64,000 bases of DNA from Octopus bimaculoides (taxonomy: Eukaryota): assembly GCF_001194135.2 (NCBI RefSeq), contig NC_069008.1, positions 12,594,830 to 12,658,829 on the forward strand, read 5' to 3'. Below are positions 36,601 through 50,918 of the stretch, piece by piece (within the stretch, counting starts at the first letter, position 1; every line of letters starts with the position of its first letter). A program made the position numbers and the translations under genes. The notes under the pieces were generated by a model. That model was not told the origin of the DNA. It saw only the letters and a list, made by a program, of their open reading frames with translations, and did not search any database.

Positions 36601-39089
36601 GATTAAATTCAGCTCATTCTAATGACATCTTCCTGGGATGTCACCATCATCTTCATTTAACATTCACTTTTCTGTGCTTGCATAGATGAAGCAGAATATG
36701 TTGAAGCATATTTCCTGTAGCTAGATGCCTCTTGTTGCTAACCCTATTTCCAGAGAAACCACTATTTCCCATGGCCTGACATGTTTTTCCCAGAGGTTAT
36801 TCTCATTTATTAGCATCACATAATGTCAAGACAAGAGTACACACGAGCACTGACGCGCGGACACACACACACATAACCATAAAAACCATGCCGAAATGGA
36901 CCGCACTGATGCTGGTGCCATGTAAAAAGCACTCAGTCCTCTCTGATTCGCCAGAATCAGCACGAATGTTAGAGAAGGTTTCTGAGAGCAGGGACGAAGA
37001 AAAGCATCCAGTTATTTGTGATGAAAATTTTTGCTGAAGAGTTTAGAGAAGTTTCGATTTGTTTCCTCATAACTTTCTGAAAACTGGATGTATGTTTGTT
37101 GAATGTATGCAATAGTACACCATCATTATGGTATACTAGGAAGATAGATTTACTGATTGAGTATATAAATAACCATTGAGAGTGTGAATCTTGGGGCACA
37201 GAGAGGTCATTTGACACCAAACACTATTATAAAATGCCTTGCCATCCATCCAACTTTGGACATAATTATCTTTAACATAATACAATAAAGTGTCCTCTGA
37301 GGAATACATCTATATGCATTTAGAATACCTATCACATGGCTCCAAACAACCATAATGGTGAAACAAGGGTCAAAACTTGAATATAAATTCATGTTTATTC
37401 TTATTTCAGCCTCTCGGTATCTTGTGTAACAGAGGAAATCTTCAAATAATGGCATTGGATTGCTGGGAACTCCACTGTTTCCCTTGTGGTGACCCCAATT
37501 CAGGACAGTCATGCAGCCAATTGAGAACTAATGTTCTCCATAGGAGCAATAATGGATTCTCTTTCACCTGCACAGAATGGTCCCACAATCTAGGATGCCA
37601 TCTGCCTGCACATGCTGGCCATTTTAGTAATTTGCATAAAGTTGGGATGCATCATTACTCATGTGGATTCCCAGATCACAAACTGGGAATATAACCAATC
37701 AGCTTGCAGAAATATCGACACATGAAAATTTTCAGCCAATTCTGTGCAAATATGGTTTATAAAAGCAAAGTTCACCAGAATCAACAAAAACAACTCATTC
37801 TAATGACATCTTCCTGGAATGTCACCATCATCCTCATTTAACATTCACTTTTCTGTGCTTGCATAGATGAGGCAGAATATGTTGAAGCATATTTTCTGTG
37901 GCTAGATGCTTCTTGTTGCTAACCCTATTTCCAGATACTTGGTTTCTGCGTGATCTGTGTTTAACAGAATTACTTTATCTTTAATGCACTTCTCCATGCA
38001 TGTACCATGAACACTACTGGCAATCATCTATATAATTATGTAAATATTGTGATATATATAACAACTGTAATAATAAATGTTATTTAAAACATGTTTAAAT
38101 TAGTTTTATATGAGACAACACACAGGCTAAACAATATACCAATATATCAACATCCACATAACTTCTCTCCACATACTAAAATTCACCTACGTCGATATTC
38201 ACTCTACATACACATCTAGAATGAAATAGAATACATGTCTGCAAGGAAAATAAAGAGAGAGAGGAAATATTTTGTGGTTATAGACATAACATCCCTGTGG
38301 GATTAAAAAGAAGACTCATCGGACTTTTATAAAAGAGTAATGTGCCCTATGGAGAGAGTAGGAGGTCTTTAGAGTCTTGTCTGTTCGTAGTTGAAAGTTT
38401 ACGTCTGTGAATACATTACTTTACTCCCTCTTAGTTAAAATCATATATCCACAACAAAAGGATATAAAAGAATATGTTGGGAAACAGACAGTTACACACT
38501 TCATACACAAAAACACAACATATACAGACACATTGCCATACACAAATATGTTTATACCAAAACGTGTATGTGGCCATATGTTTCTAACAATAATGATTCA
38601 TGTAGCATATCGAACATCTAATGAAGAATCTACTTTGATTGATGATAGAAACATCTTATAGCAAATTTATTTTTTATCAAAATTCACAATGTATATATCT
38701 ACATTCTCATGACACAGATATGACTATATGTAGAGGAAGCAGTAGTTCTGTTCATCATCTTTATAATTTAATGTCACCAAATTGTTTACAATAAATACAA
38801 TGTGTGAGTCTATTGACAGTAAGGTGTGTTTCTGGTTGGAATCCCTAAGTTTCCTCTCCTGAAATTGCTTGGTTAAGAGTTCCTATGGGTACAAGAACAA
38901 GACCAAACACCTTGTAACTATGTTATGGTGCCATCCAGCATGTCATAGATGGTATTTAAGAACTCAAACGTGAATAAAACAAGATTCACATGCAGTTTGC
39001 TGTTGTAAAAGAAATTAAAGCAAATGGCAGAGAAACCAAAAATGACAACAGTGACATAACTTACATATATTTAATCGAAATCAAACCAG

Positions 39090-39588
39090 ATTCAACGACT
39101 GGCACCCATGCCAACCTTTCCTTCATTGAGAAGACCTGTTGGGGCAATCGAAATCGTAATTGAACCAAATTCAATGACTGGCACCCGTGCCAGTGGAGCG
39201 CTAACAGCACCATCCAAGCATGATCATTGCCAGAGCAGCTGTCTGGCTTCCGTGCCGGTGGCACCATCTGAACGTGATCATTACCAGCGTTGCTTTACTG
39301 GCACTTGTGCTGGTGGCACGTAAAAAAACATGAGTGAGGTCGTTGTCAGTAAAAAACACCATTTGAGCGTGGCCGTTGCCAGTACCGCCTGACTGGCCCT
39401 CGTGCCGGTGGCATGTAAAAGTACCCACTACATGCTCGGAGTGGTTGGCCTTAGGAAGTGCATCCAGCTGTAGAAACTCTGCCAGATCAGATTGGAGCCT
39501 GGTGTAGCCATCTGGTTCGCCAGTCCTCAGTCAAATTGTCCAACTCATGCTAGCATGGAAAGCGGACATTAAACGATGATGATGATGA
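39090..39588 (+). mobile_element. RTE-type 3' UTR / RTE-tailed SINE with hairpin modules
   Basis: Several modules plus the conserved tail and (GAT)n. Confidence 0.8.
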
Positions 39589-39721
39589 TATTTCATATAA
39601 CATGAATGCCATACATACATTGATATACAATGAAAACAATCACATTTAGGGAAAAAGCTAATAGTTATTGATGCATGAAATGAAATTCATGGTTTCTAAA
39701 TTTGTTTTGTTTGCATTTAAT

Positions 39722-41065
39722 GAGGTTGCAAAGAGAAAGACTTGGAGATGCCACTAGAAAAGGTTACTAAATGAAGAGAATGAATGGGAGAACGAGAGTC
39801 TGCCGAATGTTGACCCAACAGAGGGAAAAGCACAATTGATGCTATATTTCTGGCAAGACAGCTGCAGGAGAAATACCTAGCCAAAGATAAACCTCTGTAC
39901 CTGGCTTTTGTTGACATGGAGAAAGCCTTTGACAGGGTCCCCTGATCCCTTATCTGGTGGTCACTGCAGAAACTAGGAATAGATGAGTGATTAATGAGAG
40001 CTCCACAAGACATGTACAGGGATGCTGTCAGTAAGGTGAAGGTTGGCAACAAGTACAGTGAAAAATTCTTGGTAGGATCACTTCTCAGTCCCCTCTTATT
40101 CATCATAATCCTCCAGGCAATAACAGAGGAATTCAAGACAGGATGCCCTTGGGAGCTTTTCTATGCTGATGACCTTGCTCTAATAACTGAGTCACTATCA
40201 GAAGTAGAGGAAAAGTTTTGGGTGTAGAAGCAAAGTCTAGAATCAAAGAGCCTTAAAGTCATTCTAGCAAAAACCAAAGTCTTAATAAGTAGAAAGGCAG
40301 ACAAACCACAATTCCCCTCAGGTAGATGGCCCTGCTCAATCTGTAGAAAAGGCGTAGGTAGAAACTCCATAAGATGTAGCCAGTGTAAGCTATGGAAACA
40401 TAAGAGGTGCAGCAATATCAAAGGAAGGCTAACTGGGAAGAGAGTTTTTGTATGTGGCAAAGGCTCAGGGGCAATAAACACTGAAGATGTGCAGAAAACA
40501 GCTTCCGTCACATTCCAGGGGGGAAAAACTACAAGTAGTTGATAGCTTCTGTTACCTAGGTGACCAAGTCAGGAGCAGGGGTGGATGTTCTGAGAGCATA
40601 GCTGCTAGAATAAGAATAGCCTGGGCAAAGTTCAGAGAGCTCCTATCGCTACTGACAACAAAGGGCAATAAACTGCGCTTGCAAAAACCTGTTGAGTCAA
40701 GTGAAGTTGTTGTTGTGGCTGATGACAAAACCGCCTGATTGACACCCGTGTTGGTGACATGTAAAAAAGTACCATTCATGTGTGGTTGACGCCAGTGCCG
40801 CCTGATTGGTCCTGTGCTGGTGATACATAAAAAGCACCGTTTGAGCGTGATTGTTGTCAGTGCTGCCTTAATGGCCCTCATGCCGGTGGCATGTAAAAAG
40901 CACCCACTACACTCTGAGTAGTTGGCATTAGGAAGGACATCCAGCTGTAGAAACTTTGCCAGATCAGATTGGAGCCTGGTGCAGCCTTCTGGTTTGCCAG
41001 CCCTGTCGAACCGTCCAACCCATGCCAGCATGGAAAGCGTACATTAAACGACAATGATGATGATG
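39722..41065 (+). mobile_element. 5'-truncated RTE-clade LINE (RT region + 3' UTR)
   Basis: QLQEKYLAKDKPLYLAFVDMEKAFDRV, LFYADDL and SFCYLGD motifs with stops and deletions, followed by the module-containing UTR and (GAT)n tail. Confidence 0.9.
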
Positions 41066-41599
41066 ACACATGTTCAGAAAGATATGATGTAAATAAGTCT
41101 TCACTAGTCCCACATTGCTGTCTGAATTTGTTCATAGCGAACATTCATTGCTTTTCAATAATCTGAATGGATGCTGTTGCAGTTTGGATCAAGAAAATTG
41201 AGTGAACAGTTGATAACTTCAACTGCACGTTAACCTAAAACAATCCCACAAACATCAAAAACAAGATGAAATGACTGTCACTTCATACTAGTCATCAGAT
41301 ATCTGGTACATATATCCCCTAGCATTTAATTAATGCAAAAAGTTGAATGAGACTGAAGGTTTATGAAAGCAAAATACTGTGACATCATGAACACAATACA
41401 GAAAAATTAAAATTTCATTGTACAAAACAAATGATTCTTAAATCAATTTCACAATTTCCTCAGATCTCTCCCCCTTTCTCTAAAATTCATAAACATTTTC
41501 ACCTTGTCTTATAACTTACATCTTTCTCACTTGTTATGTTTTTCCTCAGCAGTTAAGTCTTACAAGTCTCTCTCTGTCTCACTAGTGTCTTCTTATTGC

Positions 41600-42658
41600 T
41601 ATTTCTATTTTGTGAGGCAAAACTGGTTATTTATTTGACCAACAGAAACTGCTTGCGATATCAACGAAACATTTAGTGAGGAAATAACCAGTGAATGGTC
41701 AGCTTGAAAATGGTTTAAATGATTTTGCAGTGGAGACCTGAACCTTGAAGATTGTGAGTGTAGTGGACACCCATCTGTCATCGATGACTATCAATTAAAA
41801 ACCATCATTGAGAAAGATCCATGTAAAACCACTCGAGAACTGGCAAAAGAACTTCAAGTTAGCCAGAAAACTGCCTGCAACCATTTGCATGCGATTGGAG
41901 AATCGAAAAAGCTTGACAAATGGGTACCACATGATGTGAATGAAAATCAGAAATTGCGCAGATATGAAATTTGTTTGTCGCTTCTTCTCTGTAACCAGAC
42001 TGATCCAGTTCTCGACCATATTGTAACATGCAATGACATGTGGATTCTGTACAATAAGAAAAAACTTTCTTTGCAGTGGATGGACCAAAATGAAGCACCA
42101 AAAACCTTCCCTAAACCCAAGCTCTCCAAAAAGGTTATGATAACTGGTGGTGTACTCCACTGTAACTTCTTAAAACCAGGAAAACCATTACTGCAGAAAC
42201 ATATTGCCATGAAGTTGCCATAATGAATGAAAAACTGCTACTCCTTTATCCCAGACTGGTCAACAAAAGAGGGACAATCCCTCTTCATGACAATACTCAA
42301 CCACATGTTACACTAATGACGCTCCAGAAGTTGAGGTAACTTGGCTACAAAGTTCTTCCCCACTCAGCTTATTCCCCAGACATTTCTCCTACCGACTACC
42401 ACTTTTTCAAGCACCTTGATGGTTTCCGGTAAGAGAAGGAGCTAAAAAATCAAACCTATGTTGAAAGTGCATTCAAAGAATTCATCAGCTTCAGAACTCC
42501 AGATTTTAATGTTACCAGAATAAACAAACTTGTAACTCGTTGCCAAAAATATGTTGATTGTAATAGCACTTACTTTGATGAATAAAATTTCTGTATTGTT
42601 GAAATATATTGTAATGAATTTCATGTTTCAAAACGTTGTTTACTTTTTACTCAGCCTG

Positions 42659-42660
<2 letters not shown>
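41600..42660 (+). mobile_element. mariner (Hsmar1/SETMAR-like) element, degenerate
   Basis: KWVPHDVNENQK, HIVTCNDMWILYN and YSPDISPTDYHFFKHL motifs with stops. Confidence 0.85.
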
Positions 42661-42693
<33 letters not shown>

Positions 42694-42749
42694 TTATAAA
42701 TACATGCACACATATCACTCAACACATTTACCTTTTGTTGTATACTGAT

Positions 42750-43328
42750 AATACACATCAAGACACTTTTGAGCCTTCACATGTTCTCTGTAATTACAGC
42801 CCACATTTCACTACCAAGTAATATTGCTGTTTGTACACAAGCTTCATACCATTTACCTTTCACTTTGACGAAGAGATCCTTTGTTACCAACAAAAGTAGT
42901 AGCTCTTTCAACTTTGCTCAGCCATTTCTTATAAACATCAACTATGTTTACTGACCATCCTCCGCGTCTCATAACAAGGTCTCCTACATTAAAGAAACTA
43001 TCTACAACACTAAGGTCCTTTCATTCCCGGCTTTGCTTCCTCACCTGATATTTCTTCTTATTTCATTATAGATTCAGCTATAAGAACAAGGTCATCAGCA
43101 TAAAGAGGCTCCCACTGGAAATCAGTCTTAAACTCCTTTCTTATAGCGTTGTGAACTAAGATAAATAAGAAGGGCCTGAGAACTGAGCCCTGGTGAACTT
43201 CTATCTGCCAACTAAATCTGTTGCTTTACACATTACTGAACTTCACCTTACTGACAGCACCACTGCACATGGCTTGGATGTTTCTCACCAGCCATCAGCT
43301 AGTCTTCAATTCAGCAGCAACCACCAGA
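42750..43328 (-). mobile_element. ancient RTE RT relic downstream of ZNF-E
   Basis: EVHQGSVLRPFLFI and LLYADDLVLIA motifs; continues on the other side of the mariner at 44206-44240. Confidence 0.7.
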
Positions 43329-44205
43329 TACAAAGTGATATCGAAAAGTTCATGAACTGGTTCTGTAGTGTGCTGCCAACAGAAGGTAGAACATAGTTGC
43401 GTGCACAGTGAGAGCTAGCAATGACCTTCATGAGATAGTGTTTCAAGTGACAATGCTGTGTTTACTTCGCAAGTTGTGAAATTTGCATTTTCTTGTGATC
43501 ACGTGCATGCTGTTGTCTGCAATTTTTATCACGGATAGGAAGTTGGAACAAAATGCAAATGTGAAATTTTGAGTTAAACTTGGGACATCTGCTACAGAGA
43601 TATTGAGCATGCTTTGGAAAGCATATGGTGACAATGCAATGGATTGTATGCAATGTTTCAAATGGCAGAGGCATTTTAAAAGTGGAAGAATGTTTCTGGA
43701 AGACCTGCCGTAAGCTGCACCCCAGGAAATGTGGAGAAAATTCATCAGCTTGTGTATGAGGATTGTCAGACGACAATCAACAACATTGCTGATGTTGTTG
43801 GTCTGTCGAATGGGTTCCTGCAGGCAGTCCTAACATCTGGATTCTTCATGAAGACAATGCAACAGATGAGTTACTCAACAAAAACAACATTGTATGGCTT
43901 CCACAAACCCCTTTTCGCCAGATTTAGCTCTTATGAAATTCCATCTCCTCCTCAAGATGAAAATGCATCTGAAAGGTCGCTGTTTTAACATCTTTGCCAA
44001 GATCCAGAGTGAATCACAGAAGGTCCTTGATTCACTTGCGGAAAACAACTTCCAGGCTGGATTCCAAAAGTGGCAGGAACACTGGGACTGGTGTCTTGCT
44101 ATGCACGGAGACTATTTCAAAGGAGATGATGTTAAATCTTAGGTAGATAACTTATTCTTTTATTAAACATAACTAGTCCGGCAACATTTTGATACCATTT
44201 TGTAT
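43329..44205 (+). mobile_element. internally deleted mariner element inserted at TA in the RTE relic
   Basis: TIR-like ends tacaaagtgatatcgaaaagtt / aacattttgataccattttgta, an EQNANVKF N-terminus and a WQEHWDWCLAMHGDYF C-terminus. Confidence 0.8.
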
Positions 44206-44369
44206 GAGACTATAGGATGCTGTCAAAGACTTTCTCCATGTTGACATATACAGAATATAAAACAGAAAAATAAAAATTAAGAAAAATAACTCAGAGAAGG
44301 TAGTAGAATGAATTTGGACAATAAAGGCAAATAAAATTATATTAAATAGCAAACAAGATGAATTCATGA

Positions 44370-44375
44370 TTTATT
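44370..44375 (-). terminator. poly(A) signal of ZNF-E
   Basis: tcAATAAAtcatgaatt on the minus strand. Confidence 0.55.
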
Positions 44376-44661
44376 GACACTATCATTGAATGACTTGAAG
44401 TTTCACACTGATACTGTCACTGTAATATATGAATAGCAACATGTTTTGATAAGCGAACCCTTCAGGAGAATGATTTGCCACAGACATCACACTCATATGG
44501 TTTCTGACTTGTTCAAGAGAAAGATTTACCAAAGATATCACACTGATATCGCTTCTCTCTTGTGTGAATATATTTCTGTTTGGTTTAGTAACCACTTACA
44601 GAGAATGTGTTCAGTTAAATGAGCTTCAGGAGAAAGACTTACAGATATCACACTGGTATGG

Positions 44662-46026
44662 TTACTCCCCTGTGTGAATATGTTTGTGATTAATTAAGGA
44701 ACTTACTACAGAGAAGCATTTCCCACAGATATCACACTGATAAGGTTTCTCTCCTGTGTGAATACGTATGTGAATAGTTAAATCTCGACTTCGAAGGAAT
44801 GATTTTCCACAGATAATACAGCGATGTGGTTTCTCTCCTGTATGAATCTGTTTGTGGTTAGTCAGGTTGTGATTTCGAGAAAATGATTTACCACAGATAT
44901 CACAGTGATATGGATTCTCTCCTGTGTGAACGCGCATGTGAATAGTCAAATCACCACTTCGAAGGAATGTTTTGCTACAGATATTACAACAAAATGGTTT
45001 CTCTCCTGTATGAATACGCTTGTGTGTGGTTAAATTGCCCCTTAAAGAGAATGATTTGCCGCAGATATCACAACGATATGGTTTCTCACCTGTATGAATA
45101 CGTTTGTGGGTTATTAACTTACCATTTACAGAGAATGCTTTCCCACAATCACAGTGATATGGCTTCTCTCCAGTATGAGTTCGTTTGTGTTCAATTACAC
45201 GTTGATTTTGAGAGAATGATTTACCACAAATATCACAATGATATGGCTTTTCTCCTGTATGAATACGTTTATGTACAGTTAAGCGAGGGTTATGAGAGAA
45301 TGATTTACCACAGATATCACAGTGGTAAGGTTTCTGTCCTGTGTGGGTATACATGTGAACAGTTAATTCACCATTCTGAGAGAATGATTTACCACAGATA
45401 TCACACTGATATGGTTTCTCTCCTGTGTGAATATGTCTGTGTGAGGATAACTCCCCAGTTTGAGAGAATGATTTACCACAGATATCACACTGATAAGGTT
45501 TCTCACCTGTGTGAATACGTTTGTGTCTCGTTAACTTACCACTTTCAGAGAATGATCTGCCACAGATATCACAGTGATAAGGCTTCTCACCTGTATGACT
45601 TCGTTTGTGTTCGGTTAGGTGATGACCTTGAGAAAATGATTTACCACAAATGTCACAATGAAACGGTTTCTCTCCTGTATGGATACGTTTGTGTCTAGTT
45701 AAGTGAGGATTATGAAAAAAGGATTTACCACAGATATCACAATGATATGGTTTCTCTCCTGTATGATTAAGTTTGTGTTTAGTTAAGCTACTATTTGCAG
45801 AGAAGCATTTATCACAAATATCACAGTGATATGGCTTCTCTCCTGTATGACTACGTTTGTGAATCGTTAAGTTACCAGTTCCAAAGAATGATTTGCCACA
45901 GATATCACAATGATATGATTTCTCGCTTGTATGAATATATTTGTGCTTCATTAATTTACGACTTTCAGAGAAGATTTTCCCACAAATATCACAGTCGTGT
46001 GATGTTTTCCCTTTCTCTTTATTCAT
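44662..46026 (-). CDS. C2H2 zinc-finger array protein ZNF-E (16 fingers)
   Basis: Intact finger array. ATG at 46026. Acceptor at 46424-46425. TAA replaces the Lys codon of the last linker. Confidence 0.92.
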   Translation of the reverse strand: MNKEKGKTSHDCDICGKIFSESRKLMKHKYIHTSEKSYHCDICGKSFFGTGNLTIHKRSHTGEKPYHCDICDKCFSANSSLTKHKLNHTGEKPYHCDICGKSFFHNPHLTRHKRIHTGEKPFHCDICGKSFSQGHHLTEHKRSHTGEKPYHCDICGRSFSESGKLTRHKRIHTGEKPYQCDICGKSFSQTGELSSHRHIHTGEKPYQCDICGKSFSQNGELTVHMYTHTGQKPYHCDICGKSFSHNPRLTVHKRIHTGEKPYHCDICGKSFSQNQRVIEHKRTHTGEKPYHCDCGKAFSVNGKLITHKRIHTGEKPYRCDICGKSFSLRGNLTTHKRIHTGEKPFCCNICSKTFLRSGDLTIHMRVHTGENPYHCDICGKSFSRNHNLTNHKQIHTGEKPHRCIICGKSFLRSRDLTIHIRIHTGEKPYQCDICGKCFSVVSSLINHKHIHTGE

Positions 46027-46609
46027 GTCACTATACAAATCAATTCTTTTAAACTATGATTTATATTTAAACTCATTCACACCCTATTCAACTTCCATTG
46101 TTTGTCTTTTCTCATAATAATATACAGATGTTTATCTTCTTTACATTTCTATATTTCATTCCTATTAAATATTTCTACTACTGTGATTTTTATCAATATC
46201 TGGATTGATTTGTAAACCCCATTTTAATTCAAATGCAAAGTCATCTTGTCCACATTCCAGACAGTCAACAACAGAATAATTGCTATCAACCTCAGTTTAT
46301 ATCATTTGCCGTAGATTTATATAAGGAAAGTTATGTCTTTCCTGTATATGATTTCTCTCGAGTCTTTAAACAATAATAAAAATGCATGATGTATCTGATG
46401 TATACAATTTTTGGTGCCAATGTCTGAAATATTAAAGAAACAACAGTATAAGATACAGAAGATACTAAAAATAAAACAGTACAAATTTTAGTATATTTCT
46501 TATAGAGATAAACTATGGAAATAAACATTTACCTAAACAAGTGAACTGCATCCCACACTTTTGAAGGTGTATATTATTATACTCAAGAGAAATAAATACA
46601 TGTATAGAA

Positions 46610-46910
46610 TAAGCATGTATGTGTGGTGAAGACACTTGCTTTCTAACTATGTAATCTTAGGTTCAGTTCCACTGTGTAGTACCTTGGGCATGTGTTTTCT
46701 ACTATAATCCCAGGGCAATCGAAGTTTTGTGAGTGAATTTCAACAGAGATAACATTTGTGTCGAAGCCTATTGCATCATCATCATCATCATTGCACTGGC
46801 AACGATCTCACTCTAATGTCTTTACTCGTGCCACCGGCACAAGTGCCAGGAAGGCGACGCTGGGAACAGATGCCATCATGATTTCGCTTGCCCCAACAGG
46901 CCTTCGCAAG
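46610..46910. mobile_element. degenerate SINE head (+) followed by an RTE-UTR module fragment (-)
   Basis: GGTTCAGTTCCACTG...CCTTGGGCA at 46660-46690; (CAT)n and gtgccaccggcac at 46775-46850. Confidence 0.55.
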
Positions 46911-46914
46911 CCGA

Positions 46915-46972
<58 letters not shown>

Positions 46973-46992
46973 ACATACATATATATACACAC

Positions 46993-47570
46993 ACAGCAGT
47001 GAGACATGGGTTCTGACTGCAGAGGACATGCGAAGGTTTGAAAGAAATGAAGTATGCTTCACAGGATGTGCATTGTCAGTGTGCATGTAGAACAGAGTAA
47101 AAGCGTCTTGAGAGTAAAGTTGGGCATAAGAAGCATCAGATGTGGTGTGCAAGACAGATGGCTGTGCTGGTATGGTCATGTGATGTGTGTGGACATGGAC
47201 AACTGAGTAAAGAAGTGCTTATGCCTAACTGTGGAGGGAAAGTGTGGAAGACGTAGACCCAAGAAGACATGGGACAAGATGGTGTAGCATGGTCTTTGAA
47301 TGTTAGTCTGCATGGAGATGATGACAAGTGACCTTTGGTGATTGGCTGCGCTTGAGCAGATTCATCAAGCCAAGTGAAACCATAGTTGTGGCTGATGCCA
47401 GCATCACGTAACTGGCACCTGTGGTTGTGGCATGAAAAAGTATCCATGCAAGTGGAACAGTAAAAGCACTCGTTACACTCTTGGAATGGTTGGTATTAGA
47501 AAGGGCATCCAGCCATAGGAACTTTGCCAAATCAGACTGGAATCTGGTGGAGCACTCCAGCTTACAAGTT
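46993..47570 (+). mobile_element. RTE-LINE ORF end plus 3' UTR, degenerate
   Basis: HSSETWVLTAEDMRRFERNE and later RLR.CGHV / GRPKKTWD-like motifs, followed by UTR modules. Confidence 0.75.
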
Positions 47571-47589
47571 TCAATCAAACCATCTATAT

Positions 47590-47804
47590 ATGAGGCCCCA
47601 GAAAATGTGATGTATATGTATGCATATGCGAACACGCACACACACACGTTTAGATAAACATATATATTTTTTACTATTACATATATACATATAAACACAC
47701 ACACATATTCATATATACATACATACGCACATGCATATACAAACCCATATATATATATATATATATATACATATGCACATACATACATACACACNNNNNN
47801 NNNN

Positions 47805-47853
<49 letters not shown>

Positions 47854-48019
47854 GCACATACATACATACACACACACACATATTCGTACATATATACATA
47901 CACATACCCATACAAACACATATTTCCATATATACATATATACACAAACAAGTGTAGAAGGATGCATATATGCATGTACATATATACACATCCACACCTA
48001 AGTATATACACACACGCAC

Positions 48020-48050
<31 letters not shown>

Positions 48051-48230
48051 CATACATATATACACACACACATATGCTAATGTTAATAGACATATACGAT
48101 TACATGCTAACACACATACTTACATACGCTGACACTTGCTTAGATAAGCACATACACACACATGTGTACACTAACATAGTATACACACATACAGGGACAA
48201 AACCAGATATACATGCATATATATACATAA
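47590..48230. repeat. compound (TA)n/(CA)n microsatellite field
   Basis: Directly visible low-complexity tract. Similar shorter tracts occur throughout the window. Confidence 0.9.
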
Positions 48231-48941
48231 ATAGAAACATTATTATTTCTAAATCTCTCAAAGAGAGATATTCAGTAACATTTCTTTAAAGTAAAGACTA
48301 TTTACCAACATAACATGGCTGTCCTGAAAGGGACGATCATTACTGTTGTTTAGCTCCAGGAAACATCATTTCCAACTAGCTATACGACACAATATCTGTG
48401 TCCTTATATTTTCAAACAGGGAGTCCAGCACCCCCATCCAGCACAGAGCAACAACATCAGTGGACTGGTTTCTGGGTTATTGCTCTTTATCAAACCGTGT
48501 AGTTTTATTATTATTATTATTATTGTTCAGTAGTTTTATTTTTATAAGGTGCTTTCACTTCACTACCAAGCGCAGCTCTGTGCGCCTTGGGTATGTGCTG
48601 TGGTTTGCTGTGGTGCTCTTATGTTTACTGTATTGAAAGTGTTTTGCATAGAATGTGTGCAGTACCCAGTAGTGCAATTTTCTGTATGTTATATTATTAT
48701 TATTATTATTATTATTATAGTAGTAGTAGTATAGATTACAGTATCTAGTGGTAATACAATCTAAATTTTTCAAAACCATGTTTAATTTTAATCTCTGCTC
48801 AATCTCTCATTGGTGATATGTGTATATTAGACACAAAGAAGATATTTTTGTACATATTTTAGGGAAAAACTGCATCCAGTAGCTATTTCAAGTGTTTTGC
48901 TGAGTATTGTGTTTTCTGCAGCATGTTATTAAAGCCCTAAG

Positions 48942-50484
48942 ATGCAACCCAAACACCCTACACCTTCTAAGACTTCTGGCAGTGAACCTAACTGCCAGAA
49001 AAAGGTTATGACGTTCCTTAAGAAGGTACAACTGATAGATAATCACCAACAACATGAAAGTTATGCTGCAGTAGATCACTGTTACAGCGCTTTGTGTAGC
49101 ACTACATGCTACGAGGTAGCGATCAGGTCTACTGAAGAAGTAAGTTTCTGTGAAAGTGCCAAAACAACAGTGAGAAATAAACACTTGGTCGGGATGGAAT
49201 CTCCCTTGGCATTGTGGATCAGTAACTGCAAGAAGAAAAACATTCCCTTGAGTGGTAACATCATCTGCGAGAAAGCGTGGAAATTATATACCAGCAGTTC
49301 GACAGAGGAGGTGGAGCAGAAGACATCGAAGAACCACAACCAAGACCACTGACAACACCGGAACCCAAAGATTTTCAAGCCAGCAAGGGATATTTTGACC
49401 ATTTCCAGAAACAGTTTAAAATAAAGTGTTTCCCTGCATGGAGAGACAGCATCAGCCAACAAAGAAGCCAGTGAGAAGTACCTTGAGACCTTCAGGCAGA
49501 CCATTGAGAACAAGGGATACAAGCCGGAACAGGTCTTCAATATAGTCAGGATTGGCTTGTTCTGGAAGAAGATGCCTTCCAGAACGTACATCATGAAGGA
49601 CGAAGCCAGAGCCCCACGATTTAAGGACAGAGTGATGCTAATTATGTGTGGCAATGCTGTTGGCTTCACGATGAAACCAGGACTTACCTGCAAGTCCACG
49701 AACCCGAGGGCCTTCAAAAATAAGAATAGCATGCTCCCTGCTAACACCACCTCCCTCATCCAGCCTATGGATCAAGGCATGATCCATGTCTTCAAGGCAC
49801 TTTACACTTGGAACTCTCTCCAACACATTGTGGACACAATAGATGCAGATGAGAATTTCAAGTTAAAGGAGTACTGGCCTAACTTCACGATCGCAATGTG
49901 CCTGTCAGTCATCCATGCTGCTCTTAAAGAGATGAAAAATGAAAACCCTCATTGCATGCAGGAAGAATGTGTGGCCAGAGAGTGTCCAGGACTATGAGGG
50001 CTTCTCACCTGAAAATATTCAGCATGAGGCTGTCAAAAATGCAGTGAAACTGGCAAAAGTACTTAGAGACAAAGGTTTTGATGACATCACACAAGATGAG
50101 GTCAACAATCTCATCGATGCCCACTCTGAAACGCTGACAGACGAAGATTTGTTGGAGTTAACCAAGTCTGCCAGCGAAGAGGAGGATGAGGATGAGGTGG
50201 GCCTGAGAATCGAAGGTCTGTCTGGCCTTTTAAGGACAGCAAAGGAATTGCAAGGGAACGCAGAGGCATGGTATTCCTATATGGTTTGGTCTCTCCAATT
50301 TAAAAATGCCTTCAAAACTCTCCTCACTACCATGAAGAAACAACGACAGCAACTTCTCCTCACAATGATTTTCAAACCTATCAAGAAAGCCTTGCAGGAA
50401 GATATGATATACTCTAAAACACTTAAAGAAAAAGCGTCACCTGGTCGCCTACTGTGGAATATAAAAAGAATCTATTTCTGCTAA
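48942..50484 (+). mobile_element. Tigger/pogo (TIGD1-like) transposase pseudogene
   Basis: CENP-B-type HTH (LALWISNCKKKNIPLSGNIICEKA), FQASKGYFDHF, FWKKMPSRTYI and PANTTSLIQPMDQG, in several frames with an internal deletion. Confidence 0.85.
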
Positions 50485-50639
50485 TCATTTTTCGATAAGG
50501 AAAATTTATCAGCAACCTTCCGTCTTGATAAACCACTATTGTTTCTGAAAGTTTGTTTTCTTTCATATCTACTACAGATTGCGATTACTCAAAGCTAACT
50601 TTCTTCCTAAACCTCAATCCCTGGAGCTTATATATCTCT

Positions 50640-50831
50640 TTCTCTCTTTTACTTGTTTCAGTCATTTGACTGCGGCCATGCTGGAGCACCGCCTTTAGTC
50701 GAGAAAATCGACCCCAGGACTTGTTCTTTGGAAGCCTAGTACTTATTCTATCGATCTCTTTTTGCCAAACCGCTAAGTTACAGGGACGTAAACACACCAG
50801 CATCGGTTGTCAAGCGATGGTGGGGGGACAA

Positions 50832-50880
<49 letters not shown>

Positions 50881-50918
50881 CACAACAGGCTTCTTTTCAG
50901 TTTTCATCTACCAAATCC
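50640..50918 (-). mobile_element. tRNA-headed SINE, 3' half (head in gap)
   Basis: Same family as 2972-3357. Confidence 0.85.

Noticed and set aside
37200-37720. Coding-like relic between the direct repeats
   Set aside because: No motif I can assign with confidence; a profile search (tblastx/HMMER against transposases) would be needed.
47303-48132. ORFs of [12 protein letters not shown] repeats
   Set aside because: Translations of (TA)n/(CA)n microsatellites.
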